Source of the DNA: Malacoraja senta
Lineage: Eukaryota
Direction: 5' to 3'
Assembly (NCBI GenBank): GCA_038087875.1
Contig: JAXLNO010000326.1
Span: 62,001-126,000 of the forward strand
DNA length: 64,000 nucleotides
The first letter of the stretch is position 1. The number at the start of each line of letters is the position of its first letter. Below are positions 50,101 to 63,508 of the stretch, in pieces. Below the pieces are notes generated by a model. That model saw only the letters and a list, made by a program, of their open reading frames with translations, did no database searches and was not told where the DNA came from. A program made the translations under genes and the position numbers.

Positions 50101-53100
50101 GTATTTTCCTTTTCCTGTTTTTTCAGTTGACGCGCCAACAGCTTATGTGGTTTGTCACCAAAGTCAAAATGTTCCTGTTTTGTAATTTGGAATAATCTTA
50201 TTACTCTTGCCGAGAGAATTCGGTTAAGTTTAAATTTCAGTAGTATTATCTTATTATGTTTGTCTATAGTGGGATCTTTAGCATTGTCTAACTCTAACTG
50301 TCTTATTTCTTGTTCTAACCACATTTGTTCTGTTTTATTCTTCTTATTTTGAAAAATTTCATATGAAATTATAATTCCTCTAATAAATGCTTTAAAAGTT
50401 TCCCATAGTAAAGAAGGTGAGGTACCTGGTGTATCATTTATCTCAAAAAATAATTTCATTTGTTGTTTCAAGTATTGATAACCCTGTAAGTCATTTAATA
50501 TATGTGTATTAAACCTCCAAAAAAAATTTTTACCCGGCATTCCCTCAAATTTTACTGAAAAAGTCAACGGAGAGTGATCAGAAATACTACTAATATGATA
50601 TGTTGGGTTAATTGTATATGGCATTAATTTCCTATCCACTAAAAAATAATCAATTCTTGAATATGTTTTATCTACTGAAGAGTAAAACGAATATTCCCTT
50701 CCTGCTGGGTTAGCAGATCTCCATACATCTGTTTTGTTAGTATTTTTTATATATGTATTTAGAAGTTCACTAGTCTTGGATTTTATATTACTCCTTCTTT
50801 GTTTTGCTGATTTGTCTAAATATGGATCTACAACACAGTTGAAATCCCCTCCTATTATCACATTTTGATAATTAAACTCCAGTATTATATCTATAATTTT
50901 CTCAAAAAATTGAGGGTTATCAAAACTCGGAGCGTAAATATTTACCATAGTTATTGGGGTAGCATAAATTTCTCCCGAAACTATGATATACCTTCCCTCT
51001 TTATCTGATATAGTATTCTTTAATTTGAACGGTATACCTTTCTGAATAATAATAATAATAATAATAATAATGAATTTTATTTACGGGCGCCTTATATCGA
51101 GGTCTCAAGGACACCTTACAGAGATTTATAGGAAACATATAATCAGAATTAAAAAAAATAAGTTATAAAGACCAATACACAAATCAGGGACAGAATTCCT
51201 TCCAAAAAAACAAAAAAGAAAATCAGAAGCACAATTTGAGGAGAGAGCAGCGGCAACGAAACCGCGCCAGCGTCCACTCTCCCCTCCGACCGCCATCATG
51301 AACACAGACTAACAAATACAATTACAAACAATTACATACAAAAATCATCCCCCCACAGTGATTTCCATTGTGGGGGAAGGCACAATGTCCAGTCCCCAGC
51401 CCCAGTTCACCCAAAAAAGTCAGGCCAAGTGAAGCCCCCGCTATTGCCTCTACGGAGGCCCGATGATCCTGGCCGTTCTCGCCGGGTGATGTAGCCCCGG
51501 CGTCGGGAGAGTCCTCCAGCAGCTGGGCCACCTGGAGCGGCCGCATCCCTCACCGGAGGCCGTAGCTACGGCTGGAACGGCCGATTTCCCGCAGGCGTCC
51601 GCAGCACCTGAAGCCGACAAGGCCGCGCCGATTTGGAGCTCAAGGCTCCCGGTGTTGGAGTCGGCGCCGCCGCCCGCGGATGGTCGCTCCAGTCCCGCAG
51701 CCCGGAGATGTTGAGCTCGGCGGTCCAGCTCACTGGAGCTCCAGCGCGTCGGTCCAGCGCGGCGACCCAGGCAAGGCATCGCCCGCTCCGCTGCACAATA
51801 GCGCTCCAGCGCCGTGCCGCCACCGAAGCTGAGGGTGCTGTGCGGTCCCCGCCAGGAAACGCCGCTCCACGCAGCTCCACACCCGCTGGTAGGCCGCGAG
51901 GACGGGTCGACTGGGCAGCCGGAGAGAAGGCTGCCTCACCGACCAGGTAGGGACCGGGAAGTGATTTCTCCTTGATCCCCCCACATCAAAAGGCAAAATA
52001 AATAAAAACAAAGACCTAAAGAAAACTAAAAAACTTGGTAAAAAAGTACAATTAACGGACGGCTGCTGTTTTGCAGCCGTTCCTCAAGATGGCTCCTCCT
52101 GAATGGAGCCGTACCTCTAGATTTAGAAGTAAATTAAGAATAATATGTTTGGCCTATCCACTTTGCCTTTAATCTCATTTGTGTTTCCTGTTTCATGTGA
52201 GTTTCTTGCAAGTAAATTATGTCGCTTTTCAAAGATTTTAAGTGAGCAAAAATTTTACCCCTCTTTATTGGTTCGTTGGCACCCCTTATATTCCAACTAC
52301 AGAATGTGATTCCTCCATTCTTTATTTGTCTATCGTCTTGCATTGTATATCAAAGTAATATTCTTGAATCATATGGTGCTGACAAATACCTCCGTGTTCT
52401 GGACGTTGGGTGGTCATTCCAAGTTTTTAAGTTTACATTACGTCTCCTTCTCCAAAAGTGCCTTAGATAAAGCAAGAAAAATTGTGATATACAATTAATT
52501 AAACACAAACTAAGTAAATACAAATTTGTATAGTGATTTAAAAAAAAGTGAAATTAAGGTATCTAAGAACAGGTACCTTAAAGAGAGATAGCCACCTAAG
52601 GTGGCGAAAAATTTGTAGACTTCCGTTGATGTTGTTTTACATTGAGCCCCATCCCTTATTAACACCTCGTAAAAAACTACAGACCGTCTCATATCTTGTT
52701 TATTCCTGTTTAACTTTATCAAACTAGCATTAGTAAAAAGCAAAAAGACGCAGAGATAAAATATTAAAAAGTAAAAAAATAAAGCTACCCTACAAGCAGG
52801 TACCGAGGGGTTAACCTCATTCCTGTTTTTTTTCCAAGTTTATGTTGCGTTCCCACCCAAAAAGAAAAAAAAACGTTAGTAGTGTTATAGACGTTTTGGT
52901 TAATTACAATTTATAAGTAATGGTTTATTCATAGTTATTCATATTTACTACAAACACTTACAAATCATTAGTATTGTTAAGTTTGTTAAGTTAGTTGGTT
53001 AATTATAATTAGCATATAATAGTTAGATGTTAATATTATCTCGTCCATGTTCCTTGTACAGTATCTTCGGCATCCTTTTGTTTATCTTTGAGCTTTCCAT

Positions 53101-53207
53101 TCAAGGTGAAACAATGTTCTCAAATACACATTCCAGACAGATAAGCTCAGTAACTGTCTGGAAAGTCCAGCTCCATCTTAAAAGTTAAAAAGTTCACTGT
53201 TCCTCCC
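47173..53207 (-). mobile_element. L1-clade LINE with complete but frameshifted ORF2, 15-bp TSD
   Basis: APE (SWNIRG, LQETH, GGDFN, SRIDY, SDH), RT (YADD) and zinc knuckle. TSD GTTCATTCTAAAGTT at 47158-47172 and 53208-53222. Confidence 0.95.
51046..52100 (-). mobile_element. Non-autonomous retroposon C (core shared with A, L2-like tail plus (TTA)n) inserted in the L1 endonuclease
   Basis: Splits the L1 APE coding sequence. Tail CTGTAAGGTGTCCTTGAG..AAGGCGCCCGTAAATAAA..(TTA)n. Confidence 0.7.
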
Positions 53208-53949
53208 GTTCATTCTAAAGTTAATTAACCTTTTAATGACTTTGTTGTGACTGCTTTTTGTGGTAAAGCATTTGAATATTTGGTTGCAACATGGAGGTAC
53301 ACAGTTTCAGCTGATCTTCTAGATGGGTATCCGTCATTTGTGACCTTAAGGGCATCTTGATTTGGGTTAGTTAGGAGAATGTAGAATCGCAGCAATAAGT
53401 GGTTGAAAAGCAAGAAAGCATTTTTCGTGCGGGGAGGATTATTTCGTTGAATCTTCTTTTACTCTTTGGTATTTTAAATAATAAAAGACTAACAAAAACA
53501 TATTAATAAAAATGTGGATTCATTCAAAAGGCCGCACTTAATGGCCTAGAAGGCCACATGTGGCATTAAGGCCCCAGGTTCCCCACCCCTGGATAAGAGC
53601 GTGGAAGAAGCTGTCCTTGTATCTGGTGCTATGTTATCTCCATTTATCTAATATAACATTTGGATGCTTGTTACTTTGAGATAATCTGATAATTTTGTTC
53701 CAAGTATTCCTGATTTTGGCCTTGCAGTTATCTGCCAAAATACTGATCACTTGACCAAGCATTTCTACCGCCGCAACTGGATTTGAACCAGTATTTGTGG
53801 ATGATTAGTCAACATGTTAGACGGAGAAGTGACATTTCAAGTTTAATCCTGATAAGGGCACGTTGACACATGTTGGAGGGATAAATAAAACCAGGATATT
53901 CACCATGAATGACAAGGGCCTAGAGACCACTGAGAAACATACATACAAA

Positions 53950-54375
53950 TCCAAGCGCAGACTTGGCGATCGCTTCGCCCAACACCTCCGCTCGGTTCGC
54001 AACAACCAACCCGATCTCCCGGTGGCTCAGCACTTCAACTCCCTCTCCCAATCCGACCTTCCTGTCCTGGGCCTCCTCCATGGCCAGAGTGAGGCCCACC
54101 GTAAATTGGAGGAGCAGCACCACATATTTCGCTTGGGCAGTTTACACCCCAGCGGTATGAACATTGACTTCCCCAATTTCAGGTAGTCCCTGCTTTCTCC
54201 TCCCCTTCCCAGCTCTCCCTCAGCCCACTGTCTCCGCCTCTTCCTTTCTTCTTCCCGCCCCCCCCCCCACCCTCACATGAGTCTGAAGAAGGGTCTCGAC
54301 CCGAAACGTTGCCCATTTCCTTCGTTCCATAGATGCTGCCTCACCCGCTGAGTTTCTCCAGCATTTTTGTCTACA
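53950..54375 (+). mobile_element. Penelope-like element 3' fragment (GIY-YIG C-terminus)
   Basis: KRRLGDRFAQHLRSV..VAQHFNS..RKLEEQHHIFRLGSLHPSGMN. Confidence 0.82.
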
Positions 54376-55027
54376 TACAAATCCATAGATCCCTAAAGTC
54401 AGCAGCACACACAAAGACAACATTTAATATTCTTGTCATTAGCTGCAGCATAGAATGCGAGTGAAGGGAGGCCTTGATACAGGGAGACGATTAAGCCTTA
54501 ACTTGGAGGAGTGTGTGCAATTCTGATCTCCATACTGTGGGAAGGATGCCTTTGCACTGGAGACGACGCAGAGGAGATTCATCCGGATATTGCTCAGAAA
54601 TGAATATTTCAATTCTCAGCAGAGACTTGCGTGATTTAAGTCGTCTTCCTTGAAAAAGAGTGCTGATTTATCAGACAATTCCTGCATCTGCCCACCTGTG
54701 ACAGTGATGTCAACTCTCTGTGCTCAGCCCCTTCCCTATTCCCTATTCATTTGTTGCATCAGCTCTACGCCCACTGACAGGGCATCATGTATATGTCACA
54801 GAAGGCACACAAACCTTTTTGTTCCTTTGATGTAGAGGCCACTGAATCACCTCCCCAGTCACCACCTTCAGCCATGATGACGACAAGAGTTCACAAACTC
54901 TGTAGCTCTGGAATAAACAATTTTAACAGAACCATCAGGTGACAATTGAATGTGAAGGAAGACGTTGCCTTGTGAACCAACAAACAGCATTACAGTGCAG
55001 CGGAGATGTGGAAAACACCCCATCCAA

Positions 55028-55262
55028 ACAATAGACAATATGTGCAGGAGTAGGCCATTCGGCCCTTCGAGCCCGCACCGCCATTCAATGTGATCATGGC
55101 TGATCATCCACCATCAGTACCCCGTTCCTGCCTTCTCCCCATATCCCCTGACTCCACTATCTCTAAGAGCCCTATCTAGCTCTCTCTTGAAAGCATCCAG
55201 AGAACCGGCCTCCACCGCCCTCTGAGGCAGAGACATCCACAGATTCACAGCTCTGTGTGAAA
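55028..55262 (-). mobile_element. CR1 LINE 3' end
   Basis: Homologous to the tail at 18850-19040. Confidence 0.8.
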
Positions 55263-56559
55263 ACAAGATGGTATACCCCTGCAAATTAACAAACAAGAAA
55301 AGCAGGAACAGACCACCTAGCTCTTCATGTCTACCCTGTCATCCATAAGACTTTGTCTGATCTATCCAAGGCAGCAAATCATCATCTGTGCCAGATCCCT
55401 GAAGCTTTCAAACACCCTGATCACCATATCGCTATTCCAGACCAAACACGGCCAATCCCCAACATCCACACCTCACCTGTTTGGAGGCTTCAACTCACAA
55501 AGAGGAAAACTACGCACTGAAGGGAAATTACTGTCACACTCTGCTGGCCCTATTCTTACCACAACCCTGCCATCCAGGATGAAAGCTTCCACACCACCAT
55601 GTTACCCATTGCCAAATTCCCCAACTGAAACGGGAAATAAACTACAAGCATCCCAACTCTACTGGAAACCGTAGTCCCCACTGCTCCCATGGCACATTCC
55701 ACCACATCCCTGGAGTTCCCATTCCAGAATAGAAGGATTATATCCCAGGCCTGGACCCTGCAGGGTATCCATGATGTCAGGTGATGTCTGCAGTACCACC
55801 ACCAGTCCCACTTCACAGGAGAATCATGTCTCATCTTACACGACGCTGCCCAAACCCGCCCAAAGGTTTGACGGACGGAGTTACCGGGAGAGAGCCGGAG
55901 ATGTCAGGCGCAAGGAGTGGCCCAGTAGAATGGTGAACAAACAGGGATTATCCTTTGCTATCTTGCAGACATTCTCTATTATCATACCTGAAAGATACAA
56001 TTCTGCATTAAATGGTACTACTTCTGGTCCTGAACTATCCCAACAGTGGACAAGTGATCTCTCCCTACCTTTAAACAACCTCTAGCATCTAAATCAAACG
56101 TATTTGTTTATCTTACCGGTGTGTGTGATCTGGCCAAGAACAAATGATTACCATTTGTTACCAGTGTAATAAAGACAATATGTATTTACTTTATTGATTA
56201 AAATAGTGAATGCAGAAAACAATGGAAGTGCAATGGTGGATGATCCATTATCAGAACTGGGAATAATCAAATGCTGCTCAAGCTGCATCTTTCTCTTTTT
56301 CATTCAGACCTTCTGAAATAACAATATTTAAAAAAAAATCCATACCCAAAAATACGGTTGCGAAAGTCAAACGTCATCCTACAGTGCTCAATAGATGTGT
56401 GCAAATTTCATATTTCCACTCACATACCCAATAGTCCCAACTCATTTGAATAATGAAATGAGAACTGACATGTACAAAATGCATTCTGTGTTGCAAATCC
56501 GAAATGCTCAAAGTATCCTTTCCTTTTACTATCATTCTGCTGCAACTTCTCCTGGGATC

Positions 56560-57066
56560 ACTGTCCCTCGGCCTACTCAAAATAAATTTTCTCGCATGTA
56601 GTACATCCGTCAAAGAGAATGCTTACAAGTCCTTGGTCAGGCTCAAATTGGTGTATTGTGGTCCTTTCAACAACAAGATCACCCTGGAGAAATTACAACG
56701 CCGTGCAGCCTGCTTTGTATGTAATGACCACAAGCGCAAATCAAGCATGAATAATATACTGACTTCTCTCAGATGGGATACCCTAGATCTCCGCAGAATC
56801 AGGCTAAGAATCATCCGAGAGCACCAACTGCCATGAAACAAGACAAAATAACGCTCCCTACATCAACTCGCTAAATGGAATCTTACCACCCAACACACGC
56901 GCTGCTCCCGATGTTAAGTCATTTAAAAAGGGGATTGAGCAACTAGATCTCCTCAACTAGGTGAAAAAGGCCCACTTCAAAATTTTATCGCAACTCTACT
57001 CACTCCGACCTGCGCCAGATAGCCACTGATAAGCTGTTTGCACAGTAATCAACTAGAACCAGAACC
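56560..57066 (+). mobile_element. Non-LTR retrotransposon 3' fragment (CR1/L2 group)
   Basis: KENAYKSLVR..LEKLQRRAACFV..L.WDTL.LRR motif; (AGAACC)n tail. Confidence 0.6.
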
Positions 57067-57085
57067 AATCTTATCTGTGACCAAA

Positions 57086-57194
57086 GGGCGAAAAAAATGT
57101 GCAACTCTCCTTACAGAAGGCCCAGAAAGGCCTTTACTCTCGCAATTGAAGAAGTTTTATCAGCAAAAATATCTGAAAGCAGAAATGACACGCT
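57086..57194 (-). promoter_or_regulatory. Putative non-coding first exon of the NLR pseudogene, interrupted by Gypsy (continues at 61512-61537)
   Basis: Paralog of 268-390, with a GTAAGG donor at 57114-57109. Confidence 0.45.
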
Positions 57195-60100
57195 TTTGGC
57201 GGTCGCAAGAATGACAACTGAGTTTTCAAACATATTTTTATTCAGAAAATAACTCCTCAGTCTACAGGCCCTCACAACACGTCTGGCCACAATGGTGGTC
57301 AGCACTGAACTGCCGCGCGAAAGCAAAACCGCACGAAAACAAGCAGCCCCTCCTGAGTCACGTGACCGCGGCTTCCGAACGCCGGGTTTGATACGCCGTG
57401 CTCCAGTAGGCGCCGCTACATGCCCCCCACCCCCAGAATCCGCGGTACGGAAACGCACGGGTAATCGGACGGTTCGACCGGAACGCGTAGTCCGTGGTCG
57501 CGGGGCGAGCGTAACAGTGGGGGTCGGCAAAACAGAACCAGAGGGACGCGAAAAACGTGAACGAGGGACGGGCGTAACAGAGGGGACCGGAGAAACATAA
57601 TCAGGGGTAACAGGTGCAGAGGGCAGCAAAACGGCCGGTGGACGTCCTCTATGTGGCCACTGTCACCGGGCTATCCTCGTCGACGTGTGCTGGCTTAAGG
57701 CGGCTCACGGAGACAAACTCCTCCTTGCCACCTTGCTGCAACGGCGAGCATCCCTTCGAAGGAAAACATAAGCACAATCCCGTAACATTGTAGGCACATA
57801 CACCGCAGACGAACCATGCCGGGAAGTGAGAACCGGGACCAAAGCGCGCGCTTGCTCGCGAAGGTCAGCCAACACCACCGAAGCCGGGATTTCCTGGTCC
57901 CGGGGGACGGGCAGAAAATCCATAGATACTCACAAAACCGAGCCGTAAACCAGCTCGGCCGAGGAGGCCTTGAGGTTCTCCTTCGGCGTGGTTCTGATGC
58001 CTAGGAGGACCCAAGGCATCTGGTCGACCCAATCGGGGCCGGTGAGCCGAGCTTTCAACGCCGACTTGAGGTGCCTGTGGAAATGCTCAACCAAACCGTT
58101 GGACTCTGGATGATACGCAGTGGCCTGGTGCAGCTTCGCGCCATACCACTCCACAGGGAGGACGTGAACTGGGCCCCCCGATCAGTAGTGATATCGGAAG
58201 GAACCCCAAAATGAGTGATCCAATTAGAGACGATGGCCCGCGCATGCCTCAGCGGAGGTATCCGTTAACGGTATCGCCTCCGCCCACATGGTAAACCTGT
58301 CCACGATAGTCATTATGTGAGTGGCCCCGCGCGAACACGACAAGGGACCCACCAGGTCGACATGGATGTGCAGGAACCTGCCCTCTGGGACAGCAAAATC
58401 CTGCACGGGCGGGTGCACATGTCTCTGTACCTTGAAAGTCTGGCATGGGATGCAAGAACGGGCCCATGCTGCGACCTGCTTCCTCAACCCATGCCAGATG
58501 AACTTGGCCGCGACCAAGGCAGAGGTGGCGCAAATGGACTGGTGCGCTAGGCTGTGGATAGTGTAAAAAATCCCACGCCTCCAAGCAACCGGGACAATGG
58601 GACGGGCTTTCCCCGTGGAGATATCGCAAAGGACTCGCACGCCGGCGGCGCCGCATGGCACCTTAGCCAGCTTGGGTCCTGATTCAGCATTGCGGTAAAC
58701 CTCCATGCCGGCATCTGCCTGTTGGGCAGCGACCAGCTCTGCATAATCCACGCCTAGACTTAACGCTGAAACTTTGGGTGCTGCCGGACGGGACAGCGCA
58801 TCAGCCACAACGTTCAGCTTCCCCGCCACATGCCGAATATCAGATGTGAATTCTAAAATGTAGGCGAGGTGCCTGTTGCCTGGCAGACCAGGGATCGGAC
58901 ACCTTGGTCAAAGCGAACGGGAGTGGCTTGTGGTCCGTGAATGTAACGGGAATGGCGGATCGCTATGTAGAGCGCGAGGAGTTCCCGGTCGAAAGCGCTA
59001 TACTTAATTTCGGGGGCTCGCAGCTGCCTGCTGAAAAATGCCAGCAGCACCCAGTGGCTACCTACTCGTTGTTCGAGGACGGCACCCACCACGACGTCGG
59101 ATTTGTCCACGGTGAGAGCCGCTTGGGCTGACGCACTAGGATGTTCCAGCATAGTGGCGTTGGACAATGCAGTCTTAGCCCCCTCGAACACCTTCTCCGC
59201 CTCCTTGGACCAGATCAGGTCCTTAGGCTTACCGGCCAGGCATTGGAACAACGGCCGCATGATGGCGGCTGCTGACGGGACGAATCGGTGGTAGAAATTA
59301 ACCATCCCGATAAACACCTGTAGGCCCTTGACAGATAGAGGCCTCGGGAAGCGGCGGATAGCGTCGACCTTCTCGGGCAGCGGCCTCGCGCCGTGGCAGG
59401 TAATTCTGTGACCCAAAAAGGAATCGGAACGCAATCTGAACTGGCACTTCGCGGGGTTGATCACCAACCCGTGTCCGCGCAGCCGTTCGAAAAGCAGGCG
59501 GAGGTGCCTGACGTGCTCTGCCTGCGAGCTGCTGGGCACCAGAATATCATCGAGGTAGATGAGTATGAACGGCAAACCCCGACCGACCTGATCCAGTAAC
59601 CTTTGGATTGCCTGAGCAGCGTTCTTCAGGCCAAAAGGCATTCTTAGCCATTCGAAAAGGCCGAAAGGGGTGATGGTGGCCGTCTTTGGGACGTCATCGG
59701 GATGGACCGGAATTTGATTATACCCGCGAATAAGGTCGACCTTCGAGAAAAAGGTTGTGCCTTCCAGATGAGCCGAGAAATCCTGGATGTTCGGGACTGG
59801 GTACCGATCTGCTGTGTTTTTTTAGTGAGTTTAAATGGTTTTAATCACTGTAAGGTCTCCAGCCCCCGGACGCTTTGGGCACCATGTGCAGCGGGGAAGC
59901 CCGAGGGCTATCCGACCGCCCGACAATGCCCATGTCCTCCATAAGCTGGAACTCGTCTCATGCGATGCGCAGTTTATCGGGCGGGAGGCGGCACGCGCGG
60001 GCGTAAACCGGAGGGCCCTCGGTGGGGATGTGGTGGACCACACAATCACGGGGCGCGGCTCCGTCGAACCGGGGCGTGAGCAACCCTGGGAATTCAGCGA

Positions 60101-61511
60101 GCAGGGCTGCGAAAGGTTGCTGGATCTCAGCTACCTCGTCGAGTTGCTGTAGGGGCGTGGACGGATTACGTGGCTTGGCAGGGCACAGGTCCGACACAGG
60201 GACCATGCTTCCGCCTGGCACATCGAATAACAGGGAGAACGCGCGCAAGAAATCGTCACCCAGGATCAGTTGGGCGACGTCAGCAACGGTGAACCTCCAC
60301 CTGGGCGGGAGTCAAAATTTACGTCCAGGGTCCGTGTACCATAAGTGCAAATGTCGCTCCCGTTAACAGCCGAGAGGACGGGTCCTACCTTACCGACGCG
60401 AGTATCTCGGGCGCTCGGAGGCAGGATACTGGCAATGGCACCGGAGTCCACCAGGTAATGGTGGCAGGAATGGCGATCACGGATGTAGAGGCGTTCGTTT
60501 GGGCCGATCGCCTTCGCCTCTATGGACGATCGGCCGAGGCATTTCCCTGATACGAGCAGGGGCTCTGGCATCTTCGGGCTTCGGGTCCGTAGCGCTGATG
60601 GTAGTAGCACCAACGACGTCGGCTGTAGACGACTGGAAGCGGCGATGCTTCTTCGGCGCTGGGCTGGGCTTATTCTTCCTTTCGATGTCGTCTCGGTTGC
60701 ACTCGCGCCGTGACGGGGGAGCGGGTGAAGGTACAAACGTTCCCCTGTCTGTGTGCCCACAATTCGTCGGCTCTCTCCGAGAGGTGCTGGGGTCGCTGAA
60801 ATCAGCTCTGGCGAGCATCAGTTGGACTTCGTCAGGCATCTGCTCCAGGAACGCCTGTTCGAAGAGCAGACATGGGCGATGCCCATCCATCAGGGCTAAC
60901 ATCTTCGCCATAATGGTGGATGGCTGCCGATCGCCGACACTGTCCATGTGTTGTATCTTCGCCGCTCTCTCTCTGCGACTGAGACCGAAAGTGTGGAGCA
61001 GCCGGGCCTTCAGCCCTTCGTATTTGGCAATGGTCGGCGGGTCCCTGATGTAAGGCAACAGCCTCGAGGCACAGTCTTGTGGCAAAGCCCCCACCACATG
61101 GAAGTACATGATATCATCTGCTATGATACGACGGAGCTGAAACTGTGACTCAATTTGGGCGAACCACACCTGAGGTTGGTCGGGCCAAAACGATGGCAAT
61201 TTGAAACCAGGTGAGCCCTGCCGCGTGCCGGCCGATTCTGCGGGAACGTTGTCCTCCTGCATAATCTACTTGTCTAATGACGGCTAGGCAGGTCGGGGTC
61301 ACCAATTTGGCGGTCGCAAGAACGACAACTGAGTATTCAAACGTATTTTTATTCAGAAAATAACTCCTCAGTCTACAGGCCCTCACAACACGTCTGGCCA
61401 CAACGGTGGTCAGCACTGCAAAAACAAAACCGTGCGAAAACAAGCAGCCCCTCCCGAGTCACTTGACCGCAGCTTCCAAATGCCGGGTTCGATACAGCAG
61501 GCGGCTCTACA
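57195..61511 (-). mobile_element. Ty3/Gypsy LTR retrotransposon, full-length, decayed
   Basis: LTRs at 61511-61306 and 57420-57195; CGCT TSD; PBS TGGTGACCCCGAC; PPT before the 3' LTR. Domains: gag (KLPSFW..WF), protease (YLVDSGA), RT (MPFGLKNA, YLDD), RNase H (YSAFDRELLA) and integrase (HVDLVGP, YHPESNGLVE). Confidence 0.95.
60477..61262 (-). pseudogene. Gypsy gag (frameshifted)
   Basis: KLPSFWPDQPQVWFAQIESQF N-terminal motif, lying just downstream of the PBS. Confidence 0.8.
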
Positions 61512-61599
61512 CGCTAACGGTTTCATTATGAAATAGAACGTAGAAACATAGAAAATATGTGCAGGAGGAGGCCATTCGGCCCTTCGAGCCTGCACCGCC

Positions 61600-63508
61600 A
61601 TTTTTATTTATTTATTTGTTATTTATTATTTTTTTATAAGTATTTTACATTACAGTAATCTGCAATAACGTAAATTTATACAGTTCTTGTACCACTTCTG
61701 TTTTTCAACTTTAATAGAAAAGAAGAATAGAAAGAACTAGCAAGGACAGTCAGTGAGTGAATGAAAAAGTGGCCCAGGAACACACATGTGAACCTAAACC
61801 ACAAGAAGTAGTTAAAGAAGAAAAGAAAAAAAGAGAAAAAAGAAAATAAGATAGGACAATATGAAAGGGATGTACCTACTTCTTATCTTTACTCACCCCT
61901 CGCCAGGTCCTAAAACCATTTATTATCAACATTTTGTTGCACCCTATGTTTGTAATAAGTCGATATATGGAGACCAAATCTTTTGGAATTGGTCTTGTTT
62001 ACCTGCTAGGAGGAATCTCATATCTTCTAGATGTAACAATTCCGACATATTAGAAGTCCACATTTTTATTGTTGGCGTAGGAGCATTTTTCCAAAATTTC
62101 AGTATTAATTTTTTTGCCGTTATTAAGCCATAACTAAGAAAACTCCTTTGAAACGAAGTCAGCTCCAAAGTTGCTTCTATTGTTCCAAAAATAATCAGTT
62201 CTGCATTCGGTTTCAGTTTTATTTTAAATAATTTAGTGAAAATTTCAAAAATTTCATTCCAAAATTTTTGAATTTTTATACAAAAAAACAAAAGAATGTG
62301 CTATAGTTGATTCTTGGACTAGGCATTTATCACAGTTTGCAGAGGTATTTGGATAAAATTTACTTAATTTAGTTTTTGAATAATATAATCTATGTAAAAT
62401 TTTAAATTGAATCAGAGTATGTCTTACGTTAATCGAACATTTATGCACATATAATAGATGTTTATCCCAACTCTCTTTCGAGATTTTTATAGCCAATTCC
62501 GGTTCCCATTCTCTTCTGATCCCGTCCGATGATGGAATTTCTATATTTAAAATGGAATTATATAGGTATGATATTAAATTAGCTGATTCCCCTTTTATAT
62601 TCATTATCCCAACTAATAAGTCAGGAGAGATATTTTGATATTCCCGTGTATACTTTTTCAAATAGTCACGTAGTTGGAAATATTTAAAATATTGATTATT
62701 ATTCAAGTTATATTTAAGTTGTAATTGGTGAAATGTTAAAAAAAACTACCATTATCATACATATCTCCAAACGTTTTAATTCCTGCTCTTTCCCAATTTA
62801 TAAAAGCTCTATCTATCATAGGTTTAGACGGATTATTCATTATAGGTAAAAGAAGTGATAGATTTCTTAATTTTAACGATAATTTTATTTGTTTCCAAAT
62901 TCTAATTGTACTGTGAATAATTGGATTTTTACTATATATTGTATTCTTTATTTTTGTTGGTGAGAGAAGGATCGCTCCTATGTTAAAAGGGGAGCAGTCC
63001 TCTCTCTCCATTACTATCCAATGCACCTGCTGGGCCGAATTGTCCAACAGGTGAATCATATTTTTGACATTTGTGGCCCAGTAATAATTTAAAAAATTGG
63101 GGAGTGATAATCCACCAAATTCCTTAGGTTTACACAAATGTTTTCTTTGGATTCTGTGGGATTTATAGTCCCATATAAAATTTGTAATATCAGCATCCAA
63201 TTAAAAAAAAAAATTGGGGTAAGTATATCGATTGACTGGAATAGATATAAAATTTGTGGTAAAAAGATCATTTTTATAGCATTTATTCAGCCTATAAGAG
63301 ACATCGGGAGGGTTTTCCAGAATGTAATCAGTGTGTTTAGTTTATTGAGTAAGGGCATATAGTTTGCATTAAATAGAGACTTATATTTTCTAGTAATTTT
63401 AATTCCCAAATATTTTAATTTTTCTACGGCGATTTTAAAAGGGAATTTTAACAGGTTCCTGAGGTTTAATCGGAATAATTTCACTTTTATTCCAATTTAT
63501 TCTATATC
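61600..63508 (-). mobile_element. L1-clade LINE 3' fragment
   Basis: ORF fragments homologous to the other L1 copies (ITNFIWDYKSHRI, CDKC..HSFVF); poly(A) tail. Confidence 0.88.

Larger units (their letters stand above)
46998..53591. mobile_element. hAT (Charlie-like) MITE, ~0.55 kb net, split by L1
   Basis: Perfect 16-bp TIR CAGGGGTGGGGAACCT at 46998 and its inverse ending at 53591. An 8-bp TSD is not conserved. Confidence 0.65.

Noticed and set aside
55300..56100. Short ORFs in a possibly retroelement-derived tract
   Set aside because: No recognisable motifs; too degraded to call.
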